In this document: positions 28,602 to 38,964 of the stretch, in pieces
How positions within the stretch are numbered: the stretch's first letter is position 1
How the letters are laid out: each line of letters opens with the position of its first letter
Virus record (IMG/VR): IMGVR_UViG_2541047850_000005
Location: 3,554-67,553 of that record
Strand: one strand, 5' to 3'
From: a virus
Lineage: Duplodnaviria > Heunggongvirae > Uroviricota > Caudoviricetes
DNA: 64,000 nucleotides
Position numbers and translations under genes: made by a program
The notes under the pieces: model-generated
The model's database searches: none
Told to the model about the DNA's origin: nothing
What the model saw: only the letters and a program-made list of their open reading frames with translations

Positions 28602-29471
28602 TTATTTTTTGATCATTCCGTACATTGCTGAGGCTTTAGCTTGCTCAACAAAGGAGGATAAATCGACATCACTATAGGTTGGAGACTTCAGAATCTTTCC
28701 ATCGGAAATTCGAAAACCGATCATCTTATCGGTGCCATCAGCATGGCGGAATCCCAGATCTGAAGAGTCGTATTTGCAGTTGGCCACAGCCTGGCGACGT
28801 TCCTCGACATCAGCAGGCCATAATTTTGTCATGTTAGACCGATGAATTTCGCCAACCAGCTCGACTACATTGATACCGAGGAAATCAGCCAGTCGATAGG
28901 TCATCATGCACGCCACATAGATTTTGTTCATGACACGGCGCAGTTCCTGAATCAGCTCAGAATCCTTAACAGTCTTGTTCTCAAGTTTATCTGCCAGCTC
29001 TTCGAGCATACATGACGCCTCACGAGCTTCCTGAAATGGCATTGCCATATCATCGAAAACAGTGTTACCGGGCACAAAAATTGTCTGCATAAAGCGATCA
29101 ATGCTCTGTTCCTGCGTGTAATAGGTCATGCCGGTAGAAATACCACCTTTGATGGCGACCATCGTACCAACACCAACGTATAAAAAGTCGGCCATTGCAT
29201 CCAGCAGTTGCTCAATATCCCCATTCATTGCAGCTGGAATACCTTCCACTACAGCTTCTTCATGAATCAGGCTTGCACGGAGACGAAGCAGCTCTGGTGT
29301 CGGCATAACGCGTCTCGGATGCTGGAAGAGTTCATGAAACTGATCGACCATCTTGTAAATACTTTCAGTAGCTACACCATGACCTTCATGCAACTCATAT
29401 GGTTCTGGCTTAAATCCAATGAGACGATCGGTGGCAAGTTTCAGGTGGTCAGTCAGTTTGGTAAAGTTCAT
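28602..29471 (-). CDS. hypothetical protein, possibly all-alpha NTP pyrophosphohydrolase (MazG-like)
   Basis: ORF 28602..29669 trimmed to MNFTKLTD… because the upstream part overlaps the nrdB 3' end; Glu-rich helical motifs; weak assignment. Confidence 0.35.
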   Translation of the reverse strand: MNFTKLTDHLKLATDRLIGFKPEPYELHEGHGVATESIYKMVDQFHELFQHPRRVMPTPELLRLRASLIHEEAVVEGIPAAMNGDIEQLLDAMADFLYVGVGTMVAIKGGISTGMTYYTQEQSIDRFMQTIFVPGNTVFDDMAMPFQEAREASCMLEELADKLENKTVKDSELIQELRRVMNKIYVACMMTYRLADFLGINVVELVGEIHRSNMTKLWPADVEERRQAVANCKYDSSDLGFRHADGTDKMIGFRISDGKILKSPTYSDVDLSSFVEQAKASAMYGMIKK

Positions 29472-29548
29472 GCTAGTTTTGTTCCTTCTTAATTCTTGTG
29501 ATCCATTGTGGCCCAGCGTTGCCAGGCCACATAATGCTTTGTATCGGT

Positions 29549-30694
29549 TTACAGGTCTGCAAACTGGCTTAGAGAAGCCTTGTCCACGGTAGAATCGATC
29601 TGACCTACCAGATATGTGCTTTGCTCTGCCTCTTGTGGTGCAATTTGCAGTGTGTCGGTTAACAACCACTTGTTCATCCAGACCAGCGGATCGGTGGTAA
29701 CCTCTGGAAATAAAGCCTTCAGGCCAAGACGATTCATAGCCAGATTGGTGCGGTATTTTACATAGGTCTTCAAAATATCCGCGTTTAAACCAATCATCGA
29801 ACCGTCTTTGAAGAGATACTCGGCCCAGTTCATTTCTTGTTCGGCGACTGATTTCATGGTGTCGTAAATGACGTTTTCTTCATCAGCAGCAATCTCTTTC
29901 CACAATAAACCTTCGCGACCGGTACGCATGAAGCGGATCATGCGTTCAGTTCCTTCGCAATGCAGAGCTTCATCACGGGCAATAAAGCGCATAATTTTGG
30001 TGTTACCCTCAAGCAACTTCCGTTCGCCAAAGGCAAACGTACATGCAAAACTTACATAGAAACGGATCGCCTCAAGCGCATTAATGGACACCAACGTGCG
30101 GAAAAGCTGACGGTGCAAAGGGTATGGCTCCCAGCCATATTCATTTACGTACAGACGTTCAAACTCCTTCTCACCTAACGACTGGCGCTCGCAGGTCATC
30201 CCATAAAGCCTGTCATATTCAGCAGAGATACTGATCGCTCGGTTGATGATTTCTTCATCCGTAACAATACCGTCAAAAACAATGCTCGGATCGTCCACCA
30301 TGCCACGAATAATGTGGGTGTAGCTGCGGCTATGGATAGTCTCAGAGAAAGACCATGTTTCAACCCACGTTTCCAGTTCAGGAATAGAGATAAGCGGCAG
30401 CAGCGTTGCATTTGGGCTACGTCCCTGAACTGAATCGAGTAACGTTTGATAACGGAGATTGCTCAGAAAAATGTGACGTTCGTGGTCCCGCAGCTTCGTG
30501 TTGAAGTCGATACGATCGCTCGAAATATCAACTTCTTCCGGCCGCCAGAAGAAAGACAATTGACGTTCAATCAACTTTTCAAAATCACGGTATTTTTGCT
30601 GATCGTAACGTGCCACGTTGACAGATTGTCCGAGGAACATAGGCTCTTTGGTTGCATCATTAGCACCCAAACGGAACGTTGAATATGACATGTG
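29549..30694 (-). CDS. nrdB: ribonucleotide reductase class Ia beta subunit (NrdB)
   Basis: …[20 protein letters not shown]…[11 protein letters not shown]… collinear with E. coli NrdB; start set at MSYSTFRL. Confidence 0.9.
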   Translation of the reverse strand, partial: HMSYSTFRLGANDATKEPMFLGQSVNVARYDQQKYRDFEKLIERQLSFFWRPEEVDISSDRIDFNTKLRDHERHIFLSNLRYQTLLDSVQGRSPNATLLPLISIPELETWVETWSFSETIHSRSYTHIIRGMVDDPSIVFDGIVTDEEIINRAISISAEYDRLYGMTCERQSLGEKEFERLYVNEYGWEPYPLHRQLFRTLVSINALEAIRFYVSFACTFAFGERKLLEGNTKIMRFIARDEALHCEGTERMIRFMRTGREGLLWKEIAADEENVIYDTMKSVAEQEMNWAEYLFKDGSMIGLNADILKTYVKYRTNLAMNRLGLKALFPEVTTDPLVWMNKWLLTDTLQIAPQEAEQSTYLVGQIDSTVDKASLSQFADL

Positions 30695-30796
30695 TTTTTC
30701 CTTTTGCTTTTTGATGTGTTTAAACAAGTTGTTATCCTATTTGTTTAAACAAGGCTTACAAATCAAAGAGAAGGTGGGGATACACCCCACCATATG

Positions 30797-33112
30797 TCAG
30801 ATTTTGCAGGCTCCGTCGCACTCATCTTCTGGCTCGACGGCTACAGCTTGCGTCAGTGGATTCTGCGGTTCGTCGTCATCACGCTTTCCTGCCCCATCTC
30901 TGGTGTTGTGGTAGTAAAGCGTTTTAACTCCCATCTTGTAGGCGAGAAGCAAATCTGACAGTAGCGTCATCATTGGGACTTTATCGTCTTCAAAGCGAGA
31001 AGGGTCATAGTTGGTATTGGCCGAAATAGCCTGGTCAAAGAACTTCTGGATGATCGCCACCTTTGTCAGATAGCCGCGGTTGTCCGGCATATCCCACAGG
31101 TATTCATACTGTTCCTTCAGTTTTTCAAACTCAGGCACGACCATCTTAACGATGCCGTCCTTAGAAGATTTCACCGACACCGGTCCACGAGGCGGTTCGA
31201 TGCCGTTTGTGGAATTAGTGATCTGGCTGGAAGTCTCGCATGGCATTTGTGCCGTCAGTGTGGAGTTGCGAAGACCGTATTTTGCAATACGTTCACGCAG
31301 TTCTTCCCACGGCATCTTTAACTCAAAGTTGGTTTCGCCACTTTCGTCTAATGAAGAACGATAGTGGTCGATCGGCAACTGACCAATTGCGTACTTGGTC
31401 TGCTCAAACCAGTCACACTCACCTTTTGCTTCAGCAAGTCGGCAGCTGGCATCAAGAAGGTAATACTGGATAGCTTCGAACGTTTCATGCACCAGTTTAT
31501 TGCCAGCGGTATCAGAATAACGAACGCCATTCTTTGCCAGGTAATAAGCAAAGTTGGTTACACCGATTCCCAGGCTACGACGAGCTTTGGCAGGCACTTC
31601 AGCTGCCTCCATCGGATAGTCTTGATAATCCAGTAACGAATCCAGTGCAGCAACGGCATAGAACGCCACCTCTTTAAGAGACTCCAGTGAACGGATGGCT
31701 CCGAGGTTAAAAGCGGATAAAGTGCAAAGCGCGATCTCACCGTTCGGGTCGTCGGTAAATGCCAGTGGACGAGTGGGTAGAGTGATCTCCATGCACAGGT
31801 TTGACTGGCGAACAGGTGCAAGAGCAGGAATGAAAGCGCCATGCTCATTAATATGATCGACGTTCGCAATATAAATTCGGCCAGTGGACGCTCGTTCCTG
31901 CATCAGAGATGAAAACAGCTCAATGGCAGGCACTGACTTCTTGCGAATTGAATCATCGGCTTCGTATTTATGGTACAGCTTTTCAAACAGATCTTGGTCT
32001 GTGAAAAAGGCTTCGTACATATCAGGCACATCATGCGGGCTGAACAGAGTGATGTTCTCGCTTCTGACGAGTCGACGGTACATCAGACGGTTACTCATGA
32101 CGCCGTAATCAAGATGGCGAACGCGGTTTTCATCGATACCACGGTTATTTTTCACCACCAGCAGACTTTCAACTTCAAGATGCCAGATCGGGTAAAACGC
32201 TGTTGCTGCGCCACCACGAACACCACCTTGCGAGCAAGATTTAACAGCAGTCTGGAAATGCTTCAGGAATGGAATAACTCCGGTATGGGTGGCTTCACCA
32301 TTGCGGATCTCACTGCCCAGCGCACGGATACGGCCAAAACCAATACCAATTCCAGCACGACGTGAAACGTAGTCGATAATTGCGGCTGAAGCTGCACTAA
32401 TACCTTTCAGACTATCGCCAGACTCAATCAGCACACAACTGGAGAACTGACGGGTTGGAGTACGGACGCCGACCATGATTGGTGTGGGCAGAGACAGTTT
32501 GAACGTACTTGTAACGTCATAGAAACCTTTGACCATCTCCATACGTGTTTTGCCAGCGCAGTCGTCTTCCCAATTCTGGAACAGACACATGCCCACCAGC
32601 ATATAGATATGTTGCGGCCCCTCATGAATCTCACCAGTAACACGGTTTTGAACGAGGTATTTGCTTTGCAACTGCGCCGTAGCTGCATAGCCAAAAAGAT
32701 CGTCACGTTTCGGCTTAATGTAATTGCCGAGTTCTTCGATCTCTTCAAACGAATAATGTGTCAGCAAATCCTTGTCATAAACGCCCTTGTTAACGTTCTT
32801 GACAATGTGTTGGTAGAAGTTCGGATAGTCGTAACGACCGAAGGCATCTTTGCGGATTTTAAAAATGTTCAGGCGGGCAGCCACCTGCGAGTAATTTGGT
32901 GCATCTGGTGAGATCAAATCAGCGGCAGATTTAACCAAAGCCTCATGCAACTGGCTGGTGGTAATCCCATCAAAAATGCTGGCCGCAGCTCCCATTGCTA
33001 CAGCGGATGCGCTTACACCACGAATGCCTTCTACGCCATACATTACGACGCGGTTGTATTTTTCTTCGGATAACGGCTCTGTTTGGCCGTTACGTTTTAC
33101 GATGCTTATCAT
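30797..33112 (-). CDS. nrdA: ribonucleotide reductase class Ia alpha subunit (NrdA)
   Basis: 771 aa; …LPTPIMVGVRTPTRQFSSCVLIE…SCSQGGVRGGAATAFYPIWHLEVESLLV… collinear with E. coli NrdA; normal length, so no intein. Confidence 0.92.
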   Translation of the reverse strand: MISIVKRNGQTEPLSEEKYNRVVMYGVEGIRGVSASAVAMGAAASIFDGITTSQLHEALVKSAADLISPDAPNYSQVAARLNIFKIRKDAFGRYDYPNFYQHIVKNVNKGVYDKDLLTHYSFEEIEELGNYIKPKRDDLFGYAATAQLQSKYLVQNRVTGEIHEGPQHIYMLVGMCLFQNWEDDCAGKTRMEMVKGFYDVTSTFKLSLPTPIMVGVRTPTRQFSSCVLIESGDSLKGISAASAAIIDYVSRRAGIGIGFGRIRALGSEIRNGEATHTGVIPFLKHFQTAVKSCSQGGVRGGAATAFYPIWHLEVESLLVVKNNRGIDENRVRHLDYGVMSNRLMYRRLVRSENITLFSPHDVPDMYEAFFTDQDLFEKLYHKYEADDSIRKKSVPAIELFSSLMQERASTGRIYIANVDHINEHGAFIPALAPVRQSNLCMEITLPTRPLAFTDDPNGEIALCTLSAFNLGAIRSLESLKEVAFYAVAALDSLLDYQDYPMEAAEVPAKARRSLGIGVTNFAYYLAKNGVRYSDTAGNKLVHETFEAIQYYLLDASCRLAEAKGECDWFEQTKYAIGQLPIDHYRSSLDESGETNFELKMPWEELRERIAKYGLRNSTLTAQMPCETSSQITNSTNGIEPPRGPVSVKSSKDGIVKMVVPEFEKLKEQYEYLWDMPDNRGYLTKVAIIQKFFDQAISANTNYDPSRFEDDKVPMMTLLSDLLLAYKMGVKTLYYHNTRDGAGKRDDDEPQNPLTQAVAVEPEDECDGACKI

Positions 33113-33157
33113 GTATCACCAAATAAAGAGGGCCACTAAATATAGTGGCCCATGTTA

Positions 33158-33178
33158 ATAGATAAGCACCTACCTATC
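33158..33178. promoter_or_regulatory. motif-2 palindromic operator
   Basis: ATAGATAAGCACCTACCTATC in a TTGATA-N17-TAACAT promoter-like context upstream of nrdA; followed by 5'-UTR hairpin GGGCCACTAAATATAGTGGCCC (33131-33151). Confidence 0.45.
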
Positions 33179-33185
33179 AATGAAA

Positions 33186-33755
33186 TCAAATGAGAGACTT
33201 AAGAACATCGCGCACCTGGCGGAACTGATCTGTTTGCATACCGGTATGGATGGCAGCCACCGCATCAGCCAAATGTTCGTTTTTGTTCACGAGAACATCC
33301 TGTCCAGATTGCTTACGACGCAGCCACGGTGCTTTAGGGTGTTTTTTCGTAGCCCACTGGATAATCTCTTCTTTCGATGTAGTAAGTTTATTGCCGACAA
33401 AATGCTTGATTTCGTTTGGAGTAACCTGGATCAATGGCTTATCCACACACGCAAGTACACCGATACAAATACCGTAAGACGTCTGCGAACGAGAGTTTTG
33501 GCTCCCAACCGGTAGCTCACAAAAAACCATATTTGCCTTATCAATGATTGGCTTCGCAACACGCCATATTTCACTGGCTCGGCGCAGATCGTCACTGTTC
33601 ACACGAACGGTCTTTTTGTTACTCCCCGCTTTAGTCTCAACAAGAGTAAGGCCGTGAATCTCAAGTTCGTCCGTCTCAAGGTCTAAAGTGCCCACAGCAA
33701 GCCCAAAGTTGCTCATTGAGGGATCAACACCAACTACGCTGATTTTTTTACTCAT
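33186..33755 (-). CDS. RuvC-like Holliday-junction resolvase (phage type), putative
   Basis: N-terminal VVGVDPSMSNFGLAV and C-terminal HLADAVAAIHTG resemble the RuvC/RNase H-fold resolvase pattern. Confidence 0.5.
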   Translation of the reverse strand: MSKKISVVGVDPSMSNFGLAVGTLDLETDELEIHGLTLVETKAGSNKKTVRVNSDDLRRASEIWRVAKPIIDKANMVFCELPVGSQNSRSQTSYGICIGVLACVDKPLIQVTPNEIKHFVGNKLTTSKEEIIQWATKKHPKAPWLRRKQSGQDVLVNKNEHLADAVAAIHTGMQTDQFRQVRDVLKSLI

Positions 33756-33764
33756 ATAGTCTCC

Positions 33765-34523
33765 TTACCATGTTCCCCATATAGGGTTTTCCAATAATCT
33801 CGCCTCCAACGAATTGGCTACTATTGCCGTTTGCAACGTTGGTTGGGGATAGTTTGCAAAGTCTGAATACTCATTTTCCTGCGTGACACGTTTATCTGCG
33901 GCATGTTTATCTGCGGCATGTTTTACACCACTTGCTATGAAATGACGCATGATGCCCAACAGCCTCCGACTGTCTGCACTATCGTTTGCTAAAACATGAG
34001 GGAGCTGAAGTTCGATTTCTACCATTTCTCCATACTTACCAACAAACTGTAGTTTGTCCGCACTGTACTTTTTATCCCTCCTTTGGATAAGGAAACCAAT
34101 AAAAGCATCACCTGGCGATGCCAAACTATCCACCCGCTTATTGGCAAGTCGAATAAGGTTCGTGAAAGCCATACAGTGATGCGCACCCATTCCCCCAAAG
34201 AACCCTTCGCTATTAATGTTAAGATCTTCAGTTTCATGGGATGCAATAAACCCAGGCCCGACGTTGGGAAGATATCCCCCCTCAACAAAAGGATTAATCA
34301 GGATCGGCGCAATACATCCAGGTGGTAGTGATTTCAAACTTTGCATCAATGGCGTCTCGGATATTAGACCAAGCAACGCGGCGAATTGTACTCCGTCAAT
34401 ATTGTTGCTGCCCCACAGAATACGTGGAGCCGCACCATTGGAAGTATGCCCATTGATCAGTTTTATCGACTGCATCACTGCAAATACCTGCAAAAACTGC
34501 GAGCGGCTTAATTTAAACGACAT
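33765..34523 (-). CDS. hypothetical protein (252 aa)
   Basis: ORF track. Confidence 0.45.
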   Translation of the reverse strand: MSFKLSRSQFLQVFAVMQSIKLINGHTSNGAAPRILWGSNNIDGVQFAALLGLISETPLMQSLKSLPPGCIAPILINPFVEGGYLPNVGPGFIASHETEDLNINSEGFFGGMGAHHCMAFTNLIRLANKRVDSLASPGDAFIGFLIQRRDKKYSADKLQFVGKYGEMVEIELQLPHVLANDSADSRRLLGIMRHFIASGVKHAADKHAADKRVTQENEYSDFANYPQPTLQTAIVANSLEARLLENPIWGTW

Positions 34524-36429
34524 AGCTGCGCCCCTCTTTAACTTCCAGCGTAATAGTTTCCCGGAACCATGACTTCATCTCTTTATGGGAGATAATCAGC
34601 ACAGTACCTCGCTCGCGAGCTTTGGACTCCAGAATACCCATGAGGCGTTCAAGACCGGCTGTATCGAGTGCATCGTCAATTTCGTCGCCGATAAACAAAT
34701 CGATGTTTTTACTCGCCCGGTTACTAACCAGATCCTGCAATGCCAAAGAACACGCAATGCGAACCTTCCGCTTCTCACCACCAGAGAGGGTCTGGAACGA
34801 CTTACTTGAACCTTTCTTCTGCACACTAATGTTGAATTTGTCGCGATACTCACCTTTTTTGGTGACATCCATCGTCGACCACTCAGCAGTAATATTCCCG
34901 TCAGACAACGTATTGAGATACTCGGCAGTGCGTGTATTCAGGAAAGGCGTAACAGACGTCAAAATATGAGAACGCACCCCGGCAGGAGAGTAGACCTGAC
35001 GAGCTTTTTCCAATAGCAACGTTTGTTCCTGAATAGCCTTCAACTCATCTTTTAAGGACTTGAAGGTAGACTTACTGGATACCAGGTTATCTTCGTGTCT
35101 GGCGATAAGAGCAATAAACGGATTAATCTCTTTTGATATACGATCGACCTCAGTACGAGCACGAGTCACAAGAGACTCAATAGCAACAACCTCCTTCTCA
35201 CGATGACGCAAAGATGAGAGTTGTTTCGTAAGCTCTTCAATCCGGGCAATGATAGCCGTTACATCAGGTGTCGTTTTAACAAGGGCAGACTCAATGCTTA
35301 ACGCTTTCTCAAGATTCGTTTTGTGTTTAGCCATTGCCTCTGCAAGTGTCTTCGCCTGACCAATTTCCTGACGTGCTTGTTCAATGAAATTCTCCTTCAC
35401 CGTTGATAGATCTTCTTCGCAGTAGGCTTTGCCACAAGTAGGGCATGGTGATCCCACTTTAGTACCAACCTCTTCTGCTTTGGTCTTAAAATTACGCGCG
35501 CGGCTCATTGCATCAGCCTGACTATTTTCTGTAGCTTTGATGCTTGCCCGAATATCAGTTATCGCACCACGAACTTTGAGCAACTTGGCGTCATGTTCTT
35601 CTTTTGAGGCTAACTTTTTGCGCTCACTTTCGATTGCCTTCTCGGTATCACGGATCTGTTCGGGAAGAGTGCGGATCTCAAGTTCAACTTCCGTTAACTC
35701 AACTTCGGCACTGGCCAGCCCAGCCAGGGCATCGTCATAACGTTTAGAACGCTCTTGCTCCCATGATTCAGAGGAGGCTTTCGCTGACTCAATTTCTGAC
35801 TGTGTTGCCTCAATGGTCGAGATTGTCGACTCCAATTTGGTTTTAACCACATCCATACGTGCGGCAGCTGCATTAGCTCGCTCACGAGCAATAGCGTAGG
35901 CGCGTGTCAGTCTGTCAACGCCAGCGGCTTCTTCTACGATGGTTTTGAGGTTTTTGTCGGACATTCCAGGTAAATCTGGCATAGCTTCTTGGCTCGCATA
36001 GATGGAAGCCATGAAAACCTCTTTAGATGCACCGATCAGACGCTCGACGAACTCTTGCGTCAGCGCATCTTTGCCTTTCGTCATATCGCCGTCTTCACCA
36101 CGAACGATAAGCCGATTTTTGAACTCTTTGTGTTTACGGTGACGAATGATCGCATATCTCTTGCCTTCATCCTCGATGGTTACTGCAACACGACAGTTCT
36201 TTTCATGGTCGGTAGACAACACATCGTCACCCTTCACACCATGAGCTGTTTCGCCATAAAGACACCACATCAGGCTATTCATTAGCGTTGACTTTCCAGA
36301 GCCATTACTTGATGCGGAACTATCATCACTATTAACACCCTGAATGAGCACTAAACCACGCTGATCTAACTCGACCTCCGCGCTGGCGATAGCCATAAAA
36401 TTCTCAACCTGGAGCTTTAAAAACTTCAT
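34513..36429 (-). CDS. sbcC: SbcC/Rad50-like ATPase
   Basis: Walker A NGSGKSTLMNSL, central CPTCG zinc hook in a coiled coil, C-terminal signature LSGGEKRKV and Walker B LFIGDEIDDALD. Confidence 0.8.
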   Translation of the reverse strand: MKFLKLQVENFMAIASAEVELDQRGLVLIQGVNSDDSSASSNGSGKSTLMNSLMWCLYGETAHGVKGDDVLSTDHEKNCRVAVTIEDEGKRYAIIRHRKHKEFKNRLIVRGEDGDMTKGKDALTQEFVERLIGASKEVFMASIYASQEAMPDLPGMSDKNLKTIVEEAAGVDRLTRAYAIARERANAAAARMDVVKTKLESTISTIEATQSEIESAKASSESWEQERSKRYDDALAGLASAEVELTEVELEIRTLPEQIRDTEKAIESERKKLASKEEHDAKLLKVRGAITDIRASIKATENSQADAMSRARNFKTKAEEVGTKVGSPCPTCGKAYCEEDLSTVKENFIEQARQEIGQAKTLAEAMAKHKTNLEKALSIESALVKTTPDVTAIIARIEELTKQLSSLRHREKEVVAIESLVTRARTEVDRISKEINPFIALIARHEDNLVSSKSTFKSLKDELKAIQEQTLLLEKARQVYSPAGVRSHILTSVTPFLNTRTAEYLNTLSDGNITAEWSTMDVTKKGEYRDKFNISVQKKGSSKSFQTLSGGEKRKVRIACSLALQDLVSNRASKNIDLFIGDEIDDALDTAGLERLMGILESKARERGTVLIISHKEMKSWFRETITLEVKEGRSYVV

Positions 36430-36658
36430 ATAACACCTTTGATACCGTGTGTTAGCTTTTGACCTTCTTTCAATCTGAACTCCGTATGCGCCGGGAAGGA
36501 TCTGCGCCTCAATACGCCTTTTCTGGTTAACCTTCCAAGATAAAACGCTACGGGATTTCCTTGTGGCGGGTAGGGCTTGTGAAACATCACCGTCTGGCCT
36601 CGTTCAAGTCTTTTCATCGTGATGGCAAAGTCTCGAAAGCTCCCATAACGACTTTGCC

Positions 36659-37744
36659 TCACACAGCCTCCGAACTCTCCGCTTCGGTGAGGATTTCCTG
36701 ACACAAAATATCCAACTTGCTCAGATCAAATCCGCCGTCAGTATCGTGGACAATCTTGCAATAAGCAGATACCGACTCTCCCAGGCTATCGATTTTGCTG
36801 GTTTCCGTTGTGCTTACTGTCCCTTCCATCATTGATGACTTACGGATGAAGTTGCACACGACACCTTTTGCACCCATTGTTTTGAGGATGTTCTGGTACT
36901 TAATGCCTTCTTCATCGTTCTCAATTACGGCGCGGAAACGCACGTAGTTGCCGCGAATTTGGTCATCGGCAACATAATCTTCTAGGTTAATGAATTTAGG
37001 CGCACTGGTTTCGTAGTGACTGAAACTGCCGTCCGGGTTTACGATCATGTAACCAGCCAGAGATCCAACATCTCCCCAATTTTGATGGGTCAGCGCACCG
37101 ACACTGATAACTCCAGGAATGACCTCTTTGTGGTTGTGGTAATGCCCACTAAGCACGAGACGAAAGCCGATATCCTTTAACTCCTGCGCATCGATACCGA
37201 CGTCAGGCATTGTTGGAATGGCTTTGTTAATGGATGTATGGATAACAACGTCATGATTATCACCTTCTACGCTCTTACGTAATGCTTTCAGATCGCTGAT
37301 AAGCTCCGCATGATTGTTACGCCAGCTAATCAGGTGGACAGTCACATCACCAATTTTTATTGAGTGTGGGCGTTTGCCACATACGATTACCACGCCGATA
37401 GAACTCAGCGATGCTGCTGCGTTGGCGCTATATACTGAATCGTTGGTTTCAAGATCGTGATTACCGGCCAGCATTACTACTGTCAGATCAAGCTCGTTGA
37501 TAATCCACTTGTACGTTTCAGTTACGTAATGCAAAACAGAAGGGGACACAGTTCCTCGGACGTGAAATGTATCACCGGCAACCAACATGTACTTACAACC
37601 GGCCTTCTTCATGGCGATGGCTGCTTCTTTCGTTGCTTCCAACTGTATTTCAAGTCTGGAGTTAAGCCCCTCAGCGTTCGTCGTGGAGAACGCATCCCAT
37701 TTGTGGTAGTGGCAGTCAGAAATGACGCCGTATGGCAAAGTCAT
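36659..37744 (-). CDS. sbcD: SbcD/Mre11-like nuclease (calcineurin-like phosphoesterase)
   Basis: MLVAGDTFH, LAGNHD, GHYHNH phosphoesterase motifs; directly upstream of the SbcC-like gene. Confidence 0.8.
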   Translation of the reverse strand: MTLPYGVISDCHYHKWDAFSTTNAEGLNSRLEIQLEATKEAAIAMKKAGCKYMLVAGDTFHVRGTVSPSVLHYVTETYKWIINELDLTVVMLAGNHDLETNDSVYSANAAASLSSIGVVIVCGKRPHSIKIGDVTVHLISWRNNHAELISDLKALRKSVEGDNHDVVIHTSINKAIPTMPDVGIDAQELKDIGFRLVLSGHYHNHKEVIPGVISVGALTHQNWGDVGSLAGYMIVNPDGSFSHYETSAPKFINLEDYVADDQIRGNYVRFRAVIENDEEGIKYQNILKTMGAKGVVCNFIRKSSMMEGTVSTTETSKIDSLGESVSAYCKIVHDTDGGFDLSKLDILCQEILTEAESSEAV

Positions 37745-37855
37745 GTGTTTTTCCTTTGTGGTTATTTTGATACAAATTTTAAGAGCAATGAGAAGGTAAA
37801 CAACTATGCATAACGGTATGTTAGGAATGAAACGAGCGTCTTAATATACAAAATT

Positions 37856-37876
37856 TATAAGTAAGTATATACCTAT
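37856..37876. promoter_or_regulatory. motif-2 palindromic operator
   Basis: TATAAGTAAGTATATACCTAT upstream of the SbcD-like gene. Confidence 0.45.
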
Positions 37877-37998
37877 TTGTTGTGACGCAACTTTGCTTGT
37901 CTGTATGACTAAAAATAAGACAGGATCACTGTAGAACGCTATGAGAGCTATTTTGAGGGGGCGTAGATTCTATCTACGCCAATATACGATCTGGAGGG

Positions 37999-38643
37999 TT
38001 ACAGCGCGTCAGTGGGCTTTTTACGCGCTGCGTTTATGCTTATGACGCCAGCTTTTGGACGTGGGTCAACAAGGTTAAGCTCTTCTTCACTGTGGTATTC
38101 GAGGTCGAACTCACGTTTTACATGTCTGATGTAGATTGCGGTGAGCAGGCTATCTTTGGTCAGAAAGTGTCCGTAGGATTTGCGGATCACTTCTTTTACC
38201 TTCTCGATTTTCTCACCACCCATACAGAGATGATTAAATCGGCTGTGTTTCCGCAACATTTCGTCTACTGGGCCTGAGTAAACCTTGTCCACTTTCCCAA
38301 AACGGATGATTTTCCCTGTGTCTGCGGATACGAGGCAAATCAGCTTGTCTGGTGATAAACGATCTCGCCACGTCACACCTGAACGGAGTGTGTTGAAGTA
38401 GGGGGCATCCAATCCGATGATCGGTTTACGAAATGCGAGCAATGGAACGTACCTGATGCAACTGTTTAAATGAAAATTCACACCAGCCTTATCAAGTTTT
38501 ATTCTGGTTTCGTAGATCGGGCACTTCGCCGCTATACCGCAGATGTCACAAAGCAACTTCTGCTTGTTCAGGTTGGAATTTGATTCGATAGTGTAGGAGC
38601 CGTCTTCAAGACGACGAACCCAGCGCGTGCGTTTTAGATCCAT
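37999..38643 (-). CDS. hypothetical protein with CxxC motifs (possible nuclease)
   Basis: ORF track, 214 aa; LCDICGIAAKCP cluster; no confident family. Confidence 0.4.
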   Translation of the reverse strand: MDLKRTRWVRRLEDGSYTIESNSNLNKQKLLCDICGIAAKCPIYETRIKLDKAGVNFHLNSCIRYVPLLAFRKPIIGLDAPYFNTLRSGVTWRDRLSPDKLICLVSADTGKIIRFGKVDKVYSGPVDEMLRKHSRFNHLCMGGEKIEKVKEVIRKSYGHFLTKDSLLTAIYIRHVKREFDLEYHSEEELNLVDPRPKAGVISINAARKKPTDAL

Positions 38644-38721
38644 ATGTCATTTTTCTGTGATTGTTAGCCGAGGCAACGATAACCCACCAGGTGCGCCGAA
38701 GGTAGTAAATGCCTGTTTTAA

Positions 38722-38943
38722 TTATTCACATATCCACAGGATAGATCCTAATAAAGAGATCCATAGATAGATCCTTGTATAGATCAAATAAGATCCCCGA
38801 TCGCTGTAAGCCGCGCCACGACTGGTCTGAAGCCATGTTCATGTATGCTGTCAGCGGTAATTGATAGTCTGTCAGCGGTTCACCGTATGCTGCCAACTGT
38901 TTTTGGTATTCTGTCAGCGGCAAATCAAGTATGCTGTCAGCGG
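38722..38943 (+). promoter_or_regulatory. plasmid-type replication origin (DnaA boxes + GATC cluster + iterons)
   Basis: Tandem DnaA boxes TTATTCACA/TATCCACA (38722-38738), six GATC sites within 38744-38803, then 4-5 copies of iteron TATGCTGTCAGCGGT (38844-38943) ending 22 bp before the rep start. Confidence 0.7.
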
Positions 38944-38964
38944 TTGAATGACAAAGGTGTCCAC

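Noticed and set aside
28602-29471. PhoH-like ATPase (expected in such precursor clusters)
   Set aside because: The protein has no Walker A motif; a PhoH assignment is not supported, so it is left as a weak NTP-pyrophosphohydrolase-like hypothesis.
30797-33112. Intein in NrdA or in DnaE (48694..52212)
   Set aside because: Both proteins have normal lengths (771 and 1172 aa) and are collinear with E. coli homologs; no Cys/Ser…His-Asn insertion seen.
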